Positions 51,659-63,453 of a DNA stretch of 64,000 nt are shown piece after piece. The position numbers were made by a program, and so were the translations under genes. The notes beneath the pieces are model-generated. The model worked only from the letters and a program-made list of their open reading frames with translations. It had not been told where the DNA came from and made no database searches. Source of the stretch: Lytechinus pictus (lineage: Eukaryota); assembly GCF_037042905.1 (NCBI RefSeq), contig NC_087248.1:17360001-17424000 (forward strand). Direction: 5' to 3'. Every line of letters begins with the position of its first letter. Within the stretch, counting starts at the first letter, position 1.

Positions 51659-51890
51659 TCATAACATAGAGTGGACTGACTGGCTGTCTAAAGGAAGAAC
51701 TACACCTTGTCGTTGAAGCTCTCTAAGAACCTCTAGGATGGCCTCCAGCTCAACTCGGAACCTCTGAATCTCCATGTTCTTGGATGCAACAAGCCCTTTG
51801 AGAGTCAAGATCTCTTGGTCCTTCTCTGAAGTAGCACTGTGAGTAGCTCTCTCCACCAAGAGTTGTAGGTCTTTGTCACGTTGGATATGT
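51659..51890 (-). CDS. CEP162: CEP162 last coding exon (TGA at 51661-51659)
   Basis: ttcctag acceptor. HIQRDKDLQ...KNMEIQRFRVELEAILEVLRELQRQGVVLP resembles human [30 protein letters not shown]. Confidence 0.95.
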
Positions 51891-52028
51891 CTAGGAAAGA
51901 CACAGATTATGACATACAAGTAATCTTCTTGTCGTTTATTGATATGTAGAAAATAATCATAATGATAATCTGCTTTCATATACACTCTAGCACTTGTACA
52001 CCATTACAACATCTCTGCTATCATCCTG

Positions 52029-52157
52029 GGTCCCGTAACACAAAGGTTAGCAATTAATCGTACGCTTGATTTTTACGAATGATTGTACATTGTAGTCAAT
52101 GGAATCAATTGTAGAAAATTGTTCTACGGTCATTGCTAATCTTTGTGTTACGGGCCC
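52029..52157. mobile_element. 129-bp MITE, CTG target-site duplication
   Basis: GGTCCCGTAACACAAAGGTTAGCAAT / ATTGCTAATCTTTGTGTTACGGGCCC; CTG on both sides. Confidence 0.85.
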
Positions 52158-52617
52158 CTGGTCATAAAATCAGTTAATATCACTCTTTCTTTTCTTTTTA
52201 ATGAACTGGAACACACTACAGCCTCATTATTGAACTCATTTCAACTTGATTTGTGATTATGCTTTGCATTATCTTGCTCTTGGAGTATCAAAGACAAAAA
52301 TAACAAGTATTTCTTAAATAATTTGCTTCAATGCATAGACATGTGAAGTTCAAGATGTGATGTGCCCAATACAACAAAGTAATTGTTAAATTTATGTATT
52401 CATTCATATGCATAAATATATTATCCTTAACCTCATGGCTAGTAAGGGGTGTCTTTATTCATTTTTTTCTTATTCTTTTTTAATGCAAGTCGTTTGGAGG
52501 ATGTGTATTTTATGACTGACAAGTAAACCATACCTGTAAACCTGCTTTTGTCAATGAATGGAGAGGATGAATAATCAATGAAAAACAAACACAGATCAAA
52601 TCACAATATGAAAGTAC

Positions 52618-52670
52618 CTGCTTTCCAATGCTACTATCTTGGCTTGCAGTGCTTCAAAATGCTTCATCTC
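52618..52670 (-). CDS. CEP162: CEP162 exon
   Basis: ttacag acceptor, AG|GTACT donor. EMKHFEALQAKIVALES(R) resembles human EMKHFVGLEKKIKQMEMR. Confidence 0.93.
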
Positions 52671-53564
52671 CTGTAAGATAACGACATACATAAAATTAGA
52701 TGAATTGCAGGGTAGAAAAGTAGAGAGGGAAGAAAGGTGTGAGATTAAAGAGAAAAGAGATAGATCATTACAGTTCAAGATAAATTAAAGTAGATGCAAT
52801 TAACAATTATTTCATGAGAAAATTAGTGAACTCAAGGTTAATTGTCACTATATCATTATAGATCTAGACCGGGTACATTTACAGAAACTGAACTTTGTGA
52901 AATCATGAAATTTAAGCTGAAAAACGATCATACTGGAGATTGCCAACACAGACAAACACATGTATGACAGTGTATTACTAACGCTTGAAAAAAAAAACGA
53001 ATTGCTTGAATATCATAATTTTTTTTGCAGATTTTTCAGCAATTACATAATTTTTTCAAAATCCTTTGGCATACATTTTTATTCAATACATACTGACACT
53101 AAAGTGGTCACTTTATTGGATTCTGTACGAACTCATTTTGAAATCATTGCCACAACTGGCATTTATCTTGAAACCATTAATTTAAAGTCCCTGATTTCCT
53201 ATTCTCTAAATTTCAAATTCTGCATTCTTTGGTTTTCTTAAGACCAAGTCCCACGTGAATCTACAATACATGTAGATAAAGCAATTGTAAATAGTGAAAA
53301 TCTGAATATCGGTTTCTGTAAATGCACAGCAATAAAGCGAACAGATAAAGCTTGGCAAACACATACAAAATGTGAACATGTTCGATCAGCAGATTTTCCG
53401 CTGTTGTTGAACTTTGCTCTGATTTTCATGATTTTTTATCCACTCTTCATCATTCAATTTTAATGGCATGAGTTTTTCCTGTGAAATTCTTGTGTTCTTC
53501 CCCAATTCCATATTTTTTTCCCCTCCCCATCTATCAAAGAAAGATATTAAGGGTTTCAACTTAC

Positions 53565-53714
53565 CGGTGTGTGGTTCTCCTTAGCCTCTCGTAGCTCCAC
53601 CCTCAGTTGATCCACCTGCGTCTCCATCACACGCTCCCTCACCCTGGAGGCCTGGAGACGGTCTATCTCCAGACGAGCCTCGCTCAGCTGGTCTTGTAGC
53701 TCTCTTACCATCAC
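53565..53714 (-). CDS. CEP162: CEP162 exon
   Basis: cacag acceptor, CCG|GTAAGT donor. VMVRELQDQL...ELREAKENHTP (EAKENHTP as in human CEP162). Confidence 0.94.
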
Positions 53715-53808
53715 CTGTGGGGTTGGGGTATGGGGGGGGGGTGAGGAGAAGGGAGTGTTGGGGGGAACATTAATGTGTGCATCTTTCTGTTACCAAGTAT
53801 TCTGCCAA

Positions 53809-54042
53809 ACTTTGGCAAAAGGAAGCAAGTGACACATCAGTCAAATTTGAGTTATTGTTGTTTCTGAAACACCCTTTGTATGTTGCATGTTCAGGCAAAA
53901 TTTGGGGAAGAAACAATCGTTCTATGGAAAGATATTGAAGAAAATATGCTGTTCAACTGCGTTGACGCCTATGTAAATGACGAACACAGTTGCTCATTTA
54001 AAACAAATGATACTTTTGTAACTTGCTTCCTTTTGCCAAAGT
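53809..54042. mobile_element. MITE-like TIR element
   Basis: ACTTTGGCAAAAGGAAGCAAGT / ACTTGCTTCCTTTTGCCAAAGT. Confidence 0.8.
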
Positions 54043-54474
54043 ACGGTAGTATTATGCTGCATGTCTAATTTGAAAGAGACCTTCACATTACAGCAATACT
54101 CTCAGGTGAGCTATTCCATGAAATGACCAACCTTTTCATACTATAACCAACACCATCTAACTGGATAAATTTAATATACTATGTGCAATAATTGAAACAA
54201 ACTGGGTCAATATTCTTTAAATGGAAACATCTCTTCCATTAAACATGGTGGTATCTCACAATTCAAACAAAGTTCCATACAAGAGCATGTGTGAGTTCAC
54301 AAGCATACAAGCAACACGTCATACCATCTCACATTGTGTAGCTTGTTTTATTATAACTCAGTATGTTGCATACAAACAGGTATCATGTGTTCGATAAATT
54401 TGTCTCTTATCCTTTTATTTTTTTATTTGCACTTCAGAATATAAACTTCTACATACATGTAGATAGGGCTATAT

Positions 54475-54923
54475 CAGACCTGCCAACCTCTGGGAATGAA
54501 AAACTGTATTCTGTGATTAAAAAAAATGTATTTTTCCCATAAAAAGTGTATTTCATAATTAAATGTTTGGTGCACTCGCTCATCGCGGCGCTCAAGCTGC
54601 ATGCAAGCTAAAATGCGCACTGCTCTTGCAGATGAAAAAAAAACAACATTAAAACATGTGTATATCTTTACCCTGGTTTTAACAAAATGATTGAAAAAAA
54701 ATAAGTTACCTGAAATTACATTGATCTAATAACCATAATTGTGTACGTTTTATGAAATAGACATATTAAGAGATTATTTTTCTCAATAAATTACGATTTA
54801 GTAAAAAAATATATATATTTTTTTTTTTACAAAAAACATATTTTTCAAAGAAAAAACGTACTGCCGTATTTTGGTTGCAAAAACGTACTAAATACGGCTA
54901 AAACGTACTGGTTGGCAGGTCTG
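54475..54923. mobile_element. Non-autonomous TIR element with a 6-bp target-site duplication
   Basis: 14-bp TIR CAGACCTGCCAACC / GGTTGGCAGGTCTG; CTATAT on both sides. Confidence 0.85.
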
Positions 54924-55196
54924 CTATATACATTATATGTTTATCATTATATTTCTAATAACTACATGAAATAACAATCACAAAATAGCTTTTGAACTAC
55001 ATGTGAATCTGCCTGAGTGAAATCTATCAGAACCAAAGAAATCTGTTTGGCATGATAGGAAAGATTCCACTTAAAAATGTAAATAACACATGTTTGCATA
55101 TTCTGGTCTGGAGAATTGCTTCAATTTAGACAACTAACTGTTGGCTTATGGAAGGTTGATTTATCTAAAGCAATTCTCTTGATGGAGACCACTAAC

Positions 55197-55421
55197 CTGA
55201 TGTGTCTCCACCTGACTATTCAACCTCGCCATCTTGGAATCTCCCACCATCAACGCTCTCTCGGCTTTCATCCTCTCAATCTCCATCTGATGATGCGATC
55301 TTAACGATGACATCTCTTCGGTAGCTCTCTCTCTTGCCTGTCTGGTGGCGCCCTCCGCTTCGGCCAGCACGGCATGAAGGTGGACCCTCTGCTGTTCCAT
55401 CTCTAAGGTTACATCATCCAG
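55197..55421 (-). CDS. CEP162: CEP162 exon
   Basis: ttcaag acceptor, CAG|GTTAGT donor, 225 nt. LDDVTLEMEQQR...LRSHHQMEIERM...SKMARLNSQVETHQ. Confidence 0.9.
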
Positions 55422-55915
55422 CTTGAACATTGCACAGAATAGGGGTGGGGTTAAAGGGAAAATGTTAAAAGGAAAAGACTGTACATGAATCTTCATCTGT
55501 TTTTATTTTCTCCCGGGCCCTGTTGCATAAACTTTTACTATTCTGGTAACTTTGCCATCCAATGGCAACTCTGAATGAATCCTTAATTTTGATTGGCTGT
55601 GGAGCATGTTACCAAATCTTTAAGAACCACAAATTTTTATATCATACACACACTACAGTAGTATGCAGACAAAGCTAGACAAACAATAGCTAACCGCTGT
55701 AAATGGGTTTGATCAGCATATGCTTTATTGATGCATAGATTGGCCAAATTAGAATTTGCTTTACATTTGATTAATTGAAGTGTGAGGAAATTCAATTTTG
55801 GGAACCAGAAAAATTGTTTTTTTTTTTTTAATCTTATGTTCTTCTCACATTCTGAGAACATTGTTTTCCTTATCATGGAAATCTTGGGAACCTATTTATA
55901 TGAGGAGTTTCCTAC

Positions 55916-56052
55916 CTGATGTTTTAGTCTCTCATTCTCCATCAGAACATCTGATATATGAGATCCAGTGAAGTTTTCTGGAATGTACGGCTTGGTCGAT
56001 TCCTCCACCACCTCTGATTTACTTCCTTGTCTCTTTAACTTCTTAGTTTTAC
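55916..56052 (-). CDS. CEP162: CEP162 exon
   Basis: ctctag acceptor, CAG|GTAGG donor. YIPENFTGSHISDVLMENERLK resembles human YQPHTFTDSHVSEVLQENYRLK. Confidence 0.92.
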
Positions 56053-56927
56053 CTAGAGAAATGTAATCCAATTGTATATACCATTTTATTATTGTGGGGT
56101 AAATTGTGTTAAAATAATATCTGCATGAAGATGAAATAAGCAAAATAAGCAAAATAAGCAATTTGAGCTTCCATGACTCCTCACGCAAGCTCATGAAGTA
56201 GTACTTTTCAGCAATATAAATCCTACAAGAAGCGACCGGGAGTTACAGGCCCGCGCCTTCATCCCGTACCAGATGATGATGCTCACATATTGACTAGATA
56301 GATTATTGTCCCTCACGTATGCAAACGAGACAAGTTCGAAGTTGTTGCCTTTTAAGCTCTTTGAAACTCTTGTAAAATGCACTCTATAAATAACAATATA
56401 ATTTATTTATCTATTCATCTTTTTTAACAGTTGCTTATTTATTGAATGAATGAGATATTTTCAGACATATTAGTCAAATATGCAATATATCATAGAAAAT
56501 TGTGTCTTCACAATTTTTTTAACTGAAATACAACTCCTAAAATTATCAAATCATCTATTTCCTATGCATTCATGAACCAATTTCCTTATTTTTTTATTTA
56601 TTCTATAAGATATTGGGGGAAATAAGCGATGACCTCTATGACCTGTGACCTTGTGACCCCACAATAAGATCAGATTACTATCAGATTATTATCCCTCCCA
56701 TATGCATACCTGAGTAAAGTTTGAATATGATTTATCAAATGGTTCTTCATTTATTGCAACGGCAAGTCCTTTTCATGTAAACACGGACCTCTTTGACTTT
56801 TGAACTTAAATAAGAGATTATCTTCCTCTGTGCCAATATGAAGTATGTGTCTTTGTTCTCAGATTTCCTGAAAATGTTTCTTTTGTATTACACATCATGG
56901 GGAATAAATGTATATTTCAAACCCTTA

Positions 56928-57354
56928 GGCCCGAATTCACGAAGGTGGTTTTAAAAGCCATCAGTTGAACCCATGGTTTATGCAGATTTTCTGTATACAT
57001 GTAAATTACACTTATTTACATGTACCACGTATATTTGAAAATGTCCAATGCTGAGGCGCGCTTTTGTCACAGTGCGCCAAATTGACGCATGTTGCCATGG
57101 TTAAATATGCTTTTATTCATGAGTCCAATGTTTGAAGAGTGGACTCATTGTTCATTCAAAACAGTGGACTCATGAATAAAATAGCGTGGATAACCACGGC
57201 AACAGGCGTCAATTTGGCGCAGTGTGACAAAAGCGCGCATCAGTATTGAACGTTTTCTAATATACGCGGTAAATAAGCGTAATTCATACAGGAAATCTGC
57301 ATAAACCATGGGTCCAACTGATGGTTTTAAATACTATCTTTATGAATTCGGGCC
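56928..57354. mobile_element. 427-bp fully palindromic MITE, TTA target-site duplication
   Basis: GGCCCGAATTCA...CCATGGTTTATGCAGATTT...GCGCGCTTTTGTCAC.GTGCGCCAAATTGACGC mirrored over about 200 bp; TTA on both sides. Confidence 0.92.
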
Positions 57355-57639
57355 TTAGTAATTCTTCTTTAATTAAAATTGAAGGAAAAACTGATCAAAT
57401 TCTCCATTCATTTTGTCTTAGTTCCGATGATAATGATGGGTGCATCGTATTGAAACATTGCAGCATCAACTTACACATTCAGATTGTTATTCATAATTTG
57501 TCACCATTTCAGCTGAATGCAAATTCTATATACATGTAGCTGCACTGTTATTTGTTATTTGTTTGCAAGTGAAAACGAATACAAAAGCACTTTCTATTTT
57601 CCTATTTTTCCTATTACTTACACTTTTATTATGACATAC

Positions 57640-57743
57640 CTTTGCTACTCTCTGCAGCATTCATTGCATGGAATCTTTCTTCCATCAATCTGTCGACTGT
57701 AGCTTTTAGTAGCTCAAGCTCCTTGTCTTTAGCACCAAGCTCT
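57640..57743 (-). CDS. CEP162: CEP162 exon
   Basis: aaacag acceptor, G|GTATGT donor, phase 2-1. ELGAKDKELELLKATVDRLMEER. Confidence 0.88.
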
Positions 57744-57889
57744 CTGTTTGCGATCAAAGAAAAAAGTCAAAAGAAAATCAAAAATAAAATATTCAAATAG
57801 CTCTTTATTTTCATCAACGCTGTTGGTCAACAATTCAATTTCATGAATTCATGATTGTCAAACATCCATTGAAATAGAGAAAGACTTAC

Positions 57890-58191
57890 AAAGCCAGCTG
57901 AGAGAGCTTTCCTTGGAGTTCCTTCTCACTCAATCCTCTTCCTATCCGTCCATCCTTTCCATTCCCATCTCCTCCACTCATTCCTGATGTCACTGCCTTG
58001 GACAATCGTTTCTTAAGCTCCTTGTTTTCCTTCTCCAGCTCCAGGAGCTGGTTCTTGTTCCGTTCTCTAATGCCGTCCAGCTCCTTCTGCAGTGCTGTCA
58101 CACTGGTGTGGGGACGGGTCTGGGATTGTCTACCAGTCTCGTACTGCTCTACTTGTGACTCTAGAGAGTTGATCCTGTCTTCATATCTCAC
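57890..58191 (-). CDS. CEP162: CEP162 exon
   Basis: aatcag acceptor, TT|GTAAGT donor (phase 2). VRYEDRINSLESQV...ALQKELDGIRER, coiled coil. Confidence 0.9.
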
Positions 58192-58717
58192 CTGATTCAC
58201 AAAATTTAAGATAGATTTCAATTACTGTTAGACTCTTATCATTGCCAAGATCAAGCAGCTGATGTTACTTCTGAATTGCAGTGATCAAAGGAAGCAAAAA
58301 ATATCTTATCTTATTTATTCTGCAATGTTTGAGTAAAATATTCATAAGCACAAGAAAAAAGTAATATCTAAGGATGCCAACTTCACACCTATCTTTATAC
58401 AGACTTTTTTTTGTGGGGGAGGGGTGGATTTGGGAAAAAAAACAAAAAACATTTGTCCATGTTTACAGGACTGAGCTTTGTTCACAAGCACATATATCCA
58501 GGAAAATCACAAGCTACTCTCCAGGGTGACTTAAAGTAACCGCAGGAATTAAATTTCCTTGTTTTAATAATCTTGTAATATTATCATCATCCAAATGTGG
58601 CAGTACTTTTTACTTCAATCCGAAACTAGTGTCGAGTGACAACTTGCACCAAACTCCAGAAGCTATGTTATATTTACATTGCAAAACACAAACTTGACGC
58701 AACGCAATCTCCATTGT

Positions 58718-58897
58718 GGAAGCATCATAGTGTAGTGGTTCCGACTCTTCTATTGAATTCAGAGGGTCATATGTTTGATTCCCAAATGTTGCAACTATCC
58801 ACCCAGGTGTTAAAGGGAACCAGGTAGGATGCTTAAGCAAAGTAAAGAAAGTTAGAAAATCCTTGTTGGATTGATCCCCAGGGAGTGGCGAAAGTGA
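58718..58897 (+). mobile_element. Degenerate tRNA-derived SINE in a CEP162 intron
   Basis: A-box TAGTGTAGTGG, B-box-like GTTTGATTCC, then a CCACCCAGGTGTTAAAGGGAACC core typical of deuterostome SINEs. Confidence 0.6.
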
Positions 58898-58915
58898 AAT
58901 GTTATTATCTCATAC

Positions 58916-59164
58916 CTTCATTGCATTGTACTTTTGCTCAACAACCCGAAGACCTCTCTTGTTGCCCTCCTCCTTCCCTTCCAATTCCTTCTCCAACCTC
59001 TTGACCTTGTCTTCCAAAAAGGTTATTGACCTTGGTTGACCTTCAGTTGACCTCTGGCCTTTGCCCTCAGCAGGGAGTGGAGATGAGGTGGAGGCAGCAG
59101 CGTAGATGAGGGCAGGCAGTGAGTTCGGGTGTCGCCTTCTGATGATGTCGTTCATTTCTCGGAC
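58916..59164 (-). CDS. CEP162: CEP162 exon
   Basis: gacag acceptor, AAG|GTATGA donor. VREMNDIIRRRHPNSLPALIYAAA...FLEDKVKRLEKELEGK resembles human VKEMEGILKRRYPNSLPALILAAS. Confidence 0.95.
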
Positions 59165-59393
59165 CTGTCCACATGTGATTAACCAGCATGGGATGAATTA
59201 AGATGGTGGAATGAGAGGAATTTTATTCTTAGTCTATAATCAACAATACCTGAACTTCATAGACCAAATTGAAGACACCCACAATCTAAAATTGCAACAA
59301 ACAAGCAAGGTTTGGGACATATCGTGTCTGAGAGCACCCAGTGGGTAGAGTGGGTGTGGCCAAGTCCAATGGCATGCGGGATAAGGAGACCAG

Positions 59394-59564
59394 GGGGCCG
59401 TTTCATAAAGCTGTTCGTAAGTTAAGAGCGACTTTAAGAACGACTGGTGAACCTTTCTTTCGCGCTTAACCATCGCCAATGAATATACCATTTACCACAA
59501 GAAAGGATCACCAGTCGTTCTTAAAGTCGCTCTTAACTTACGAACAGCTTTATGAAACACCCAC
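59394..59564. mobile_element. 171-bp MITE, CAG target-site duplication
   Basis: GTTTCATAAAGCTGTTCGTAAGTTAAGAGCGACTTTAAGAACGACTGGTGA is perfectly mirrored; CAG on both sides. Confidence 0.9.
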
Positions 59565-59808
59565 CAGGCCAGACAGAAAAATTATAAATACCATGGTGGT
59601 GCCCTTATCCCTACATCATATATATCTTGATGAAACACTGACTACTTGACTTATAAAGCTATACCTTTTCCTGTCTGACCTAAAGGATTACAAATATGAT
59701 TAAATTACCAGCTGAATTTTGATTTTGAATCCTGTTACTAAGCGCCTTTAGGGAAACCACCTATCCTGGAGAACTTCTTAATATGTAATCTGGAATGATG
59801 CCACATAC

Positions 59809-59892
59809 CTGTCTTTCTAGATCTTGTATTTTCTTAGCATCAGCTGCTCTTTCTTTGGCTCTCCTTTGGGCCTCCATATTCTTACTGTTTGG
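59809..59892 (-). CDS. CEP162: CEP162 exon
   Basis: ctgcag acceptor, CAG|GTATGT donor. KERAADAKKIQDLERQ resembles human DKAADAKKIQDLERQ. Confidence 0.94.
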
Positions 59893-60470
59893 CTGCAGGG
59901 TAAAAAGGAATGCATTATTTAAAACATTAGATCATGTGCAAAACATAACACCTCTAAATTCACTTCAAGGTCTAATATCATGGTATTTCATTTTTATATG
60001 GCAGGCAAATAAAAGGTGAATTGACATCTCATCGGTCAAAAAAAATATATTATTGTGCTTAGGTCAGTTATTCATGATCCTGCATATCTCAAATGGCTTT
60101 TCCAAACCTACATGTAACCTGTCACAATGGTCAATAACAATATCACAACAGATATTTCAATCAGTGTCTCCCAGCTCTTATACTGCTAACACAATTGATA
60201 AAAGGCTGGCATTGGAAACGACAGCATGTAATATGTTCATTTTTATTCATATTTCTTTCAATGTCTGATATGTCTCAAATGTTAATACAATGTACTTTCA
60301 CATCAATATTGTATCTTAATGTATGTATTACCAGTGGAGGGTAAATTTTTCAAAGATACATCAATAAATGAATGAATCTGAATGAAAATGTGGCACTGAA
60401 TTTTTTAAATACCACAAACTATTGCTCCGATATAGAAAGAGTACATGAAGAATGAAGTAATTTTTTCTAC

Positions 60471-60632
60471 CTTATTAGGACCACTCTTAAGTTGTTCTTT
60501 CAATTCCGCTATCTGATCATCTTTCTCCTTGAGAGCCGCTGCATCCCTGTCCAAGAGTTCTTGATTCTCAGTGTACCATCTAACTTTCTTCTGAAGGGAT
60601 TCCATCTCACGCTCGTACTTCATCTGCAACTC
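60471..60632 (-). CDS. CEP162: CEP162 exon
   Basis: tttcag acceptor, AAG|GTAGA donor. LQKKVRWYTENQELLDRDA resembles human LQKRLQWYAENQELLDKDA. Confidence 0.94.
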
Positions 60633-60866
60633 CTGAAAAAATAAATGTTTTGGGGTTTTTTATGATTCAACGTAATGCGCTTAGTAAATGTGCATGCAAT
60701 ACGTGTATGGCTTACTGGCTGAAATGCGCATTGCTGCTGCAGATCAGATGCGCGTTTGAAAGGATTTTCCTTTCGCTTTCAAAATTTTCTTTCTTATTTT
60801 CATAGTTTTACATAGGAAAAAACGATTAATGTTCGTATTTTTGCTAAATTCAGAGTCATTGTACAA

Positions 60867-61024
60867 CACAAATAGCGAATATTCTTATTCGTGCAATGAT
60901 GCGACATTTTGCATTCAGTGAAAGAAAGAGACACTCTATTCGACTCAGCTAACACCTCATTGAATAGAGCATCTTTCTTTCACCTTATGCGAAATCTCGC
61001 ACAATAGCCTATTCGCTATTTGTA
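60867..61024. mobile_element. Degenerate palindromic MITE
   Basis: ACAAATAGCGAATA...GTGAAAGAAAGA..CTCTATTC / GAATAGAG..TCTTTCTTTCAC...TATTCGCTATTTGT. Confidence 0.75.
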
Positions 61025-61391
61025 TAATGAGGAATACCATACAAGGGAAACAAAAACTTTTGGTCTTTACAGACAGGTAGTCTCTCTGTACAGGTGTTCG
61101 CTAAAGTAGATTCAGCTGTATTTGCTGCTTTTTCATAAATGGGGCTCCTAATACATCTATTCTTACTATTAGCTTCAGAAAATTTACTTCAAACAATATA
61201 ATTTCAGTACCAGAACCAGTTTCTTCAACATGTGGGAAACAAAACTGTCTGCCTAGCAGAGATAGGGTGAAAAATTCAATATGTTTGCTATCTCTCATAG
61301 TATTAGGGCTTTATAACTGTCTGAACTAAGAGGGCGGGGGGGGGGACACAACACACTTTCAACGTACATACTTGCTACAAATATCACTTAC

Positions 61392-61541
61392 CTTGAATTC
61401 AATATTTTTGCCATCTCTCATAGAATTCAGTCTTTCCTGTTGCCTAGTCTTCTCTCTGACTAGCTGCTCAATGTGGTCTTCAAGTTCTTTCTTCTCCTGG
61501 GTCAACTGTCTAGCATCCGCTCTTAATGTAGCTTCACATAC
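61392..61541 (-). CDS. CEP162: CEP162 exon
   Basis: cacag acceptor, AAG|GTAAGT donor, 150 nt. VCEATLRADARQLTQEKKELEDHIEQL. Confidence 0.87.
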
Positions 61542-63269
61542 CTGTGCCATCCCATGATAAAGACACAATCAATCGTTCAATTAAGTACAACTGGAAGTGT
61601 TGGTGAATATCTTTTCTTGTCATGCTGGGCCGCGGCAGACACACATCACTGGCTCTTTCCGTCATTTCCTTCTGGTGCACGAAGCAGTCAGCAACACACA
61701 TCACATGGAAATGCTATTACAGTAAACGTCGTGCACGTGCCCAAAATGCATCAAGTGTGTGGCGGGCGTGCGCGGGACACAAAAAACTTCGCCCACAAGA
61801 TGGCGCCATTTCATTATACAGGAAAGGAACGGATGAGGTTGCTATATAAAGGGCCAATGCACTACACATGAATGGCTGAATATGTACATGAATAATACAT
61901 GAATTAACACATTACAACAGGTAGCGCGTAGGTAAGTTTAACGTGATCAGTCATGTTTTAATTTTGGGGGTGGGGCTACTTTATACAACCTAAAGTACTG
62001 CCTAAATCTGCAACATTAGAGAAGCTTGAACATCGCAGTGAATGAGGATTTTCCAGGACTCTTTTTTTTTCTGTGTGCTCTTATGAGCAGTTCGGAGGCC
62101 AAATCGTCTCAAGCACCGCGCAATTTTTCCCTGATCAGGACTGTACAGTATATCTTCAATGGATGGGATTGGACAAAGCACTCTCAGAGTATTAGGAAGA
62201 TACTGTCTTGATGATAATGAATCTACTTAGTGCATGTGTGCAGGAGGACTTCAGAATAACAAGGATGATAAGAAATTTACTAGATTCTGCTCAGACTAGG
62301 GAAACATACACTGCACACAGAATTTCATGAATGGGACCTCACACATGTATGATTGACATCACATTTGAGGTGCTTTGTCACATTTGAATGTGAGCCTATT
62401 TGAGAAGCAGACATCCTCACAGTCGACTTTTTTACTGTAACTGTCTTCTATAATCCGCTGAGAGACGTCGTTCTTATTGATTAATTGCCAAAAGGCAGAC
62501 TATCCTGACTTTAGCCAGGAACGTCTCCAGAGACTTGTCATCTTATCTACCCATTGCTGCCAAGACTTCTCAACTCTTTTGCTCCAAATCATCACATCTC
62601 ATCTCAAGGACTTAACCTTACCTCACACAAAGTTCGCTCTTAACTCTCAGATATGTCTTTCTCTTTCAATTCCAACTCAGTGTGGTCCATTTTCATTTCT
62701 CATCAACATCCTTTCAGTCCATCCCAAACAGTCATTACACTGACTAACGACATGGTGAACCATAAGCCTCTTCTACGTTATCTGTTTTATCACGCAAACC
62801 TTCAAAATTCACCAGATTATCATCAGTTGTATCGATATTTCAAATGAGATGGAAACCATCAGACAATTGTCAACTATTGGTCACCCTTCTAGCCTAATTG
62901 CAAAATTAATCATATATAATATCCACAACCATCAGAGCACATGCCCCTATTGCTATGGAAACTAAAACAAAATGTCAGTTTGATGCTGTTATGTTGGCGC
63001 AGACTAGACACTTGCATCAATTCAAGTTTCNNNNNNNNNNNNNNNNNNNNNNNNNNNNNNNNNNNNNNNNNNNNNNNNNNNNNNNNNNNNNNNNNNNNNN
63101 NNNNNNNNNNNNNNNNNNNNNNNNNNNNNNNNNNNNNNNNNNNNNNNNNNNNNNNNNNNNNNNNNNNNNNNNNNNNNNNNNNNNNNNNNNNNNNNNNNNN
63201 NNNNNNNNNNNNNNNNNNNNNNNNNNNNNNNNNNNNNNNNNNNNNNNNNNNNNNNNNNNNNNNNNNNNN

Positions 63270-63441
63270 CACTACCATCATTATTATCACAATGATCATC
63301 ATCATCATCATCACAATCACCATCATCACAATCACGATCACCATCATCACTATCATCACCATCATCACCATCATCACCATCATCATCATTTTCATCACCA
63401 CCATCTTCATCATCAATGATTGTCATTATCATCATCATCAT
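63270..63441. repeat. Degenerate (CAT)n microsatellite next to an assembly gap (N 63031-63269)
   Basis: Read directly from the sequence. Confidence 0.95.
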
Positions 63442-63453
63442 CCACTTGCATAC

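Noticed and set aside
51535-51661. Stop-codon readthrough producing a repeated CEP162 C-terminal peptide
   Set aside because: After TGA the frame reads CAC ATG TAC GGT AAT CCT TAG, and the 124-bp spacing puts the next copy out of frame.
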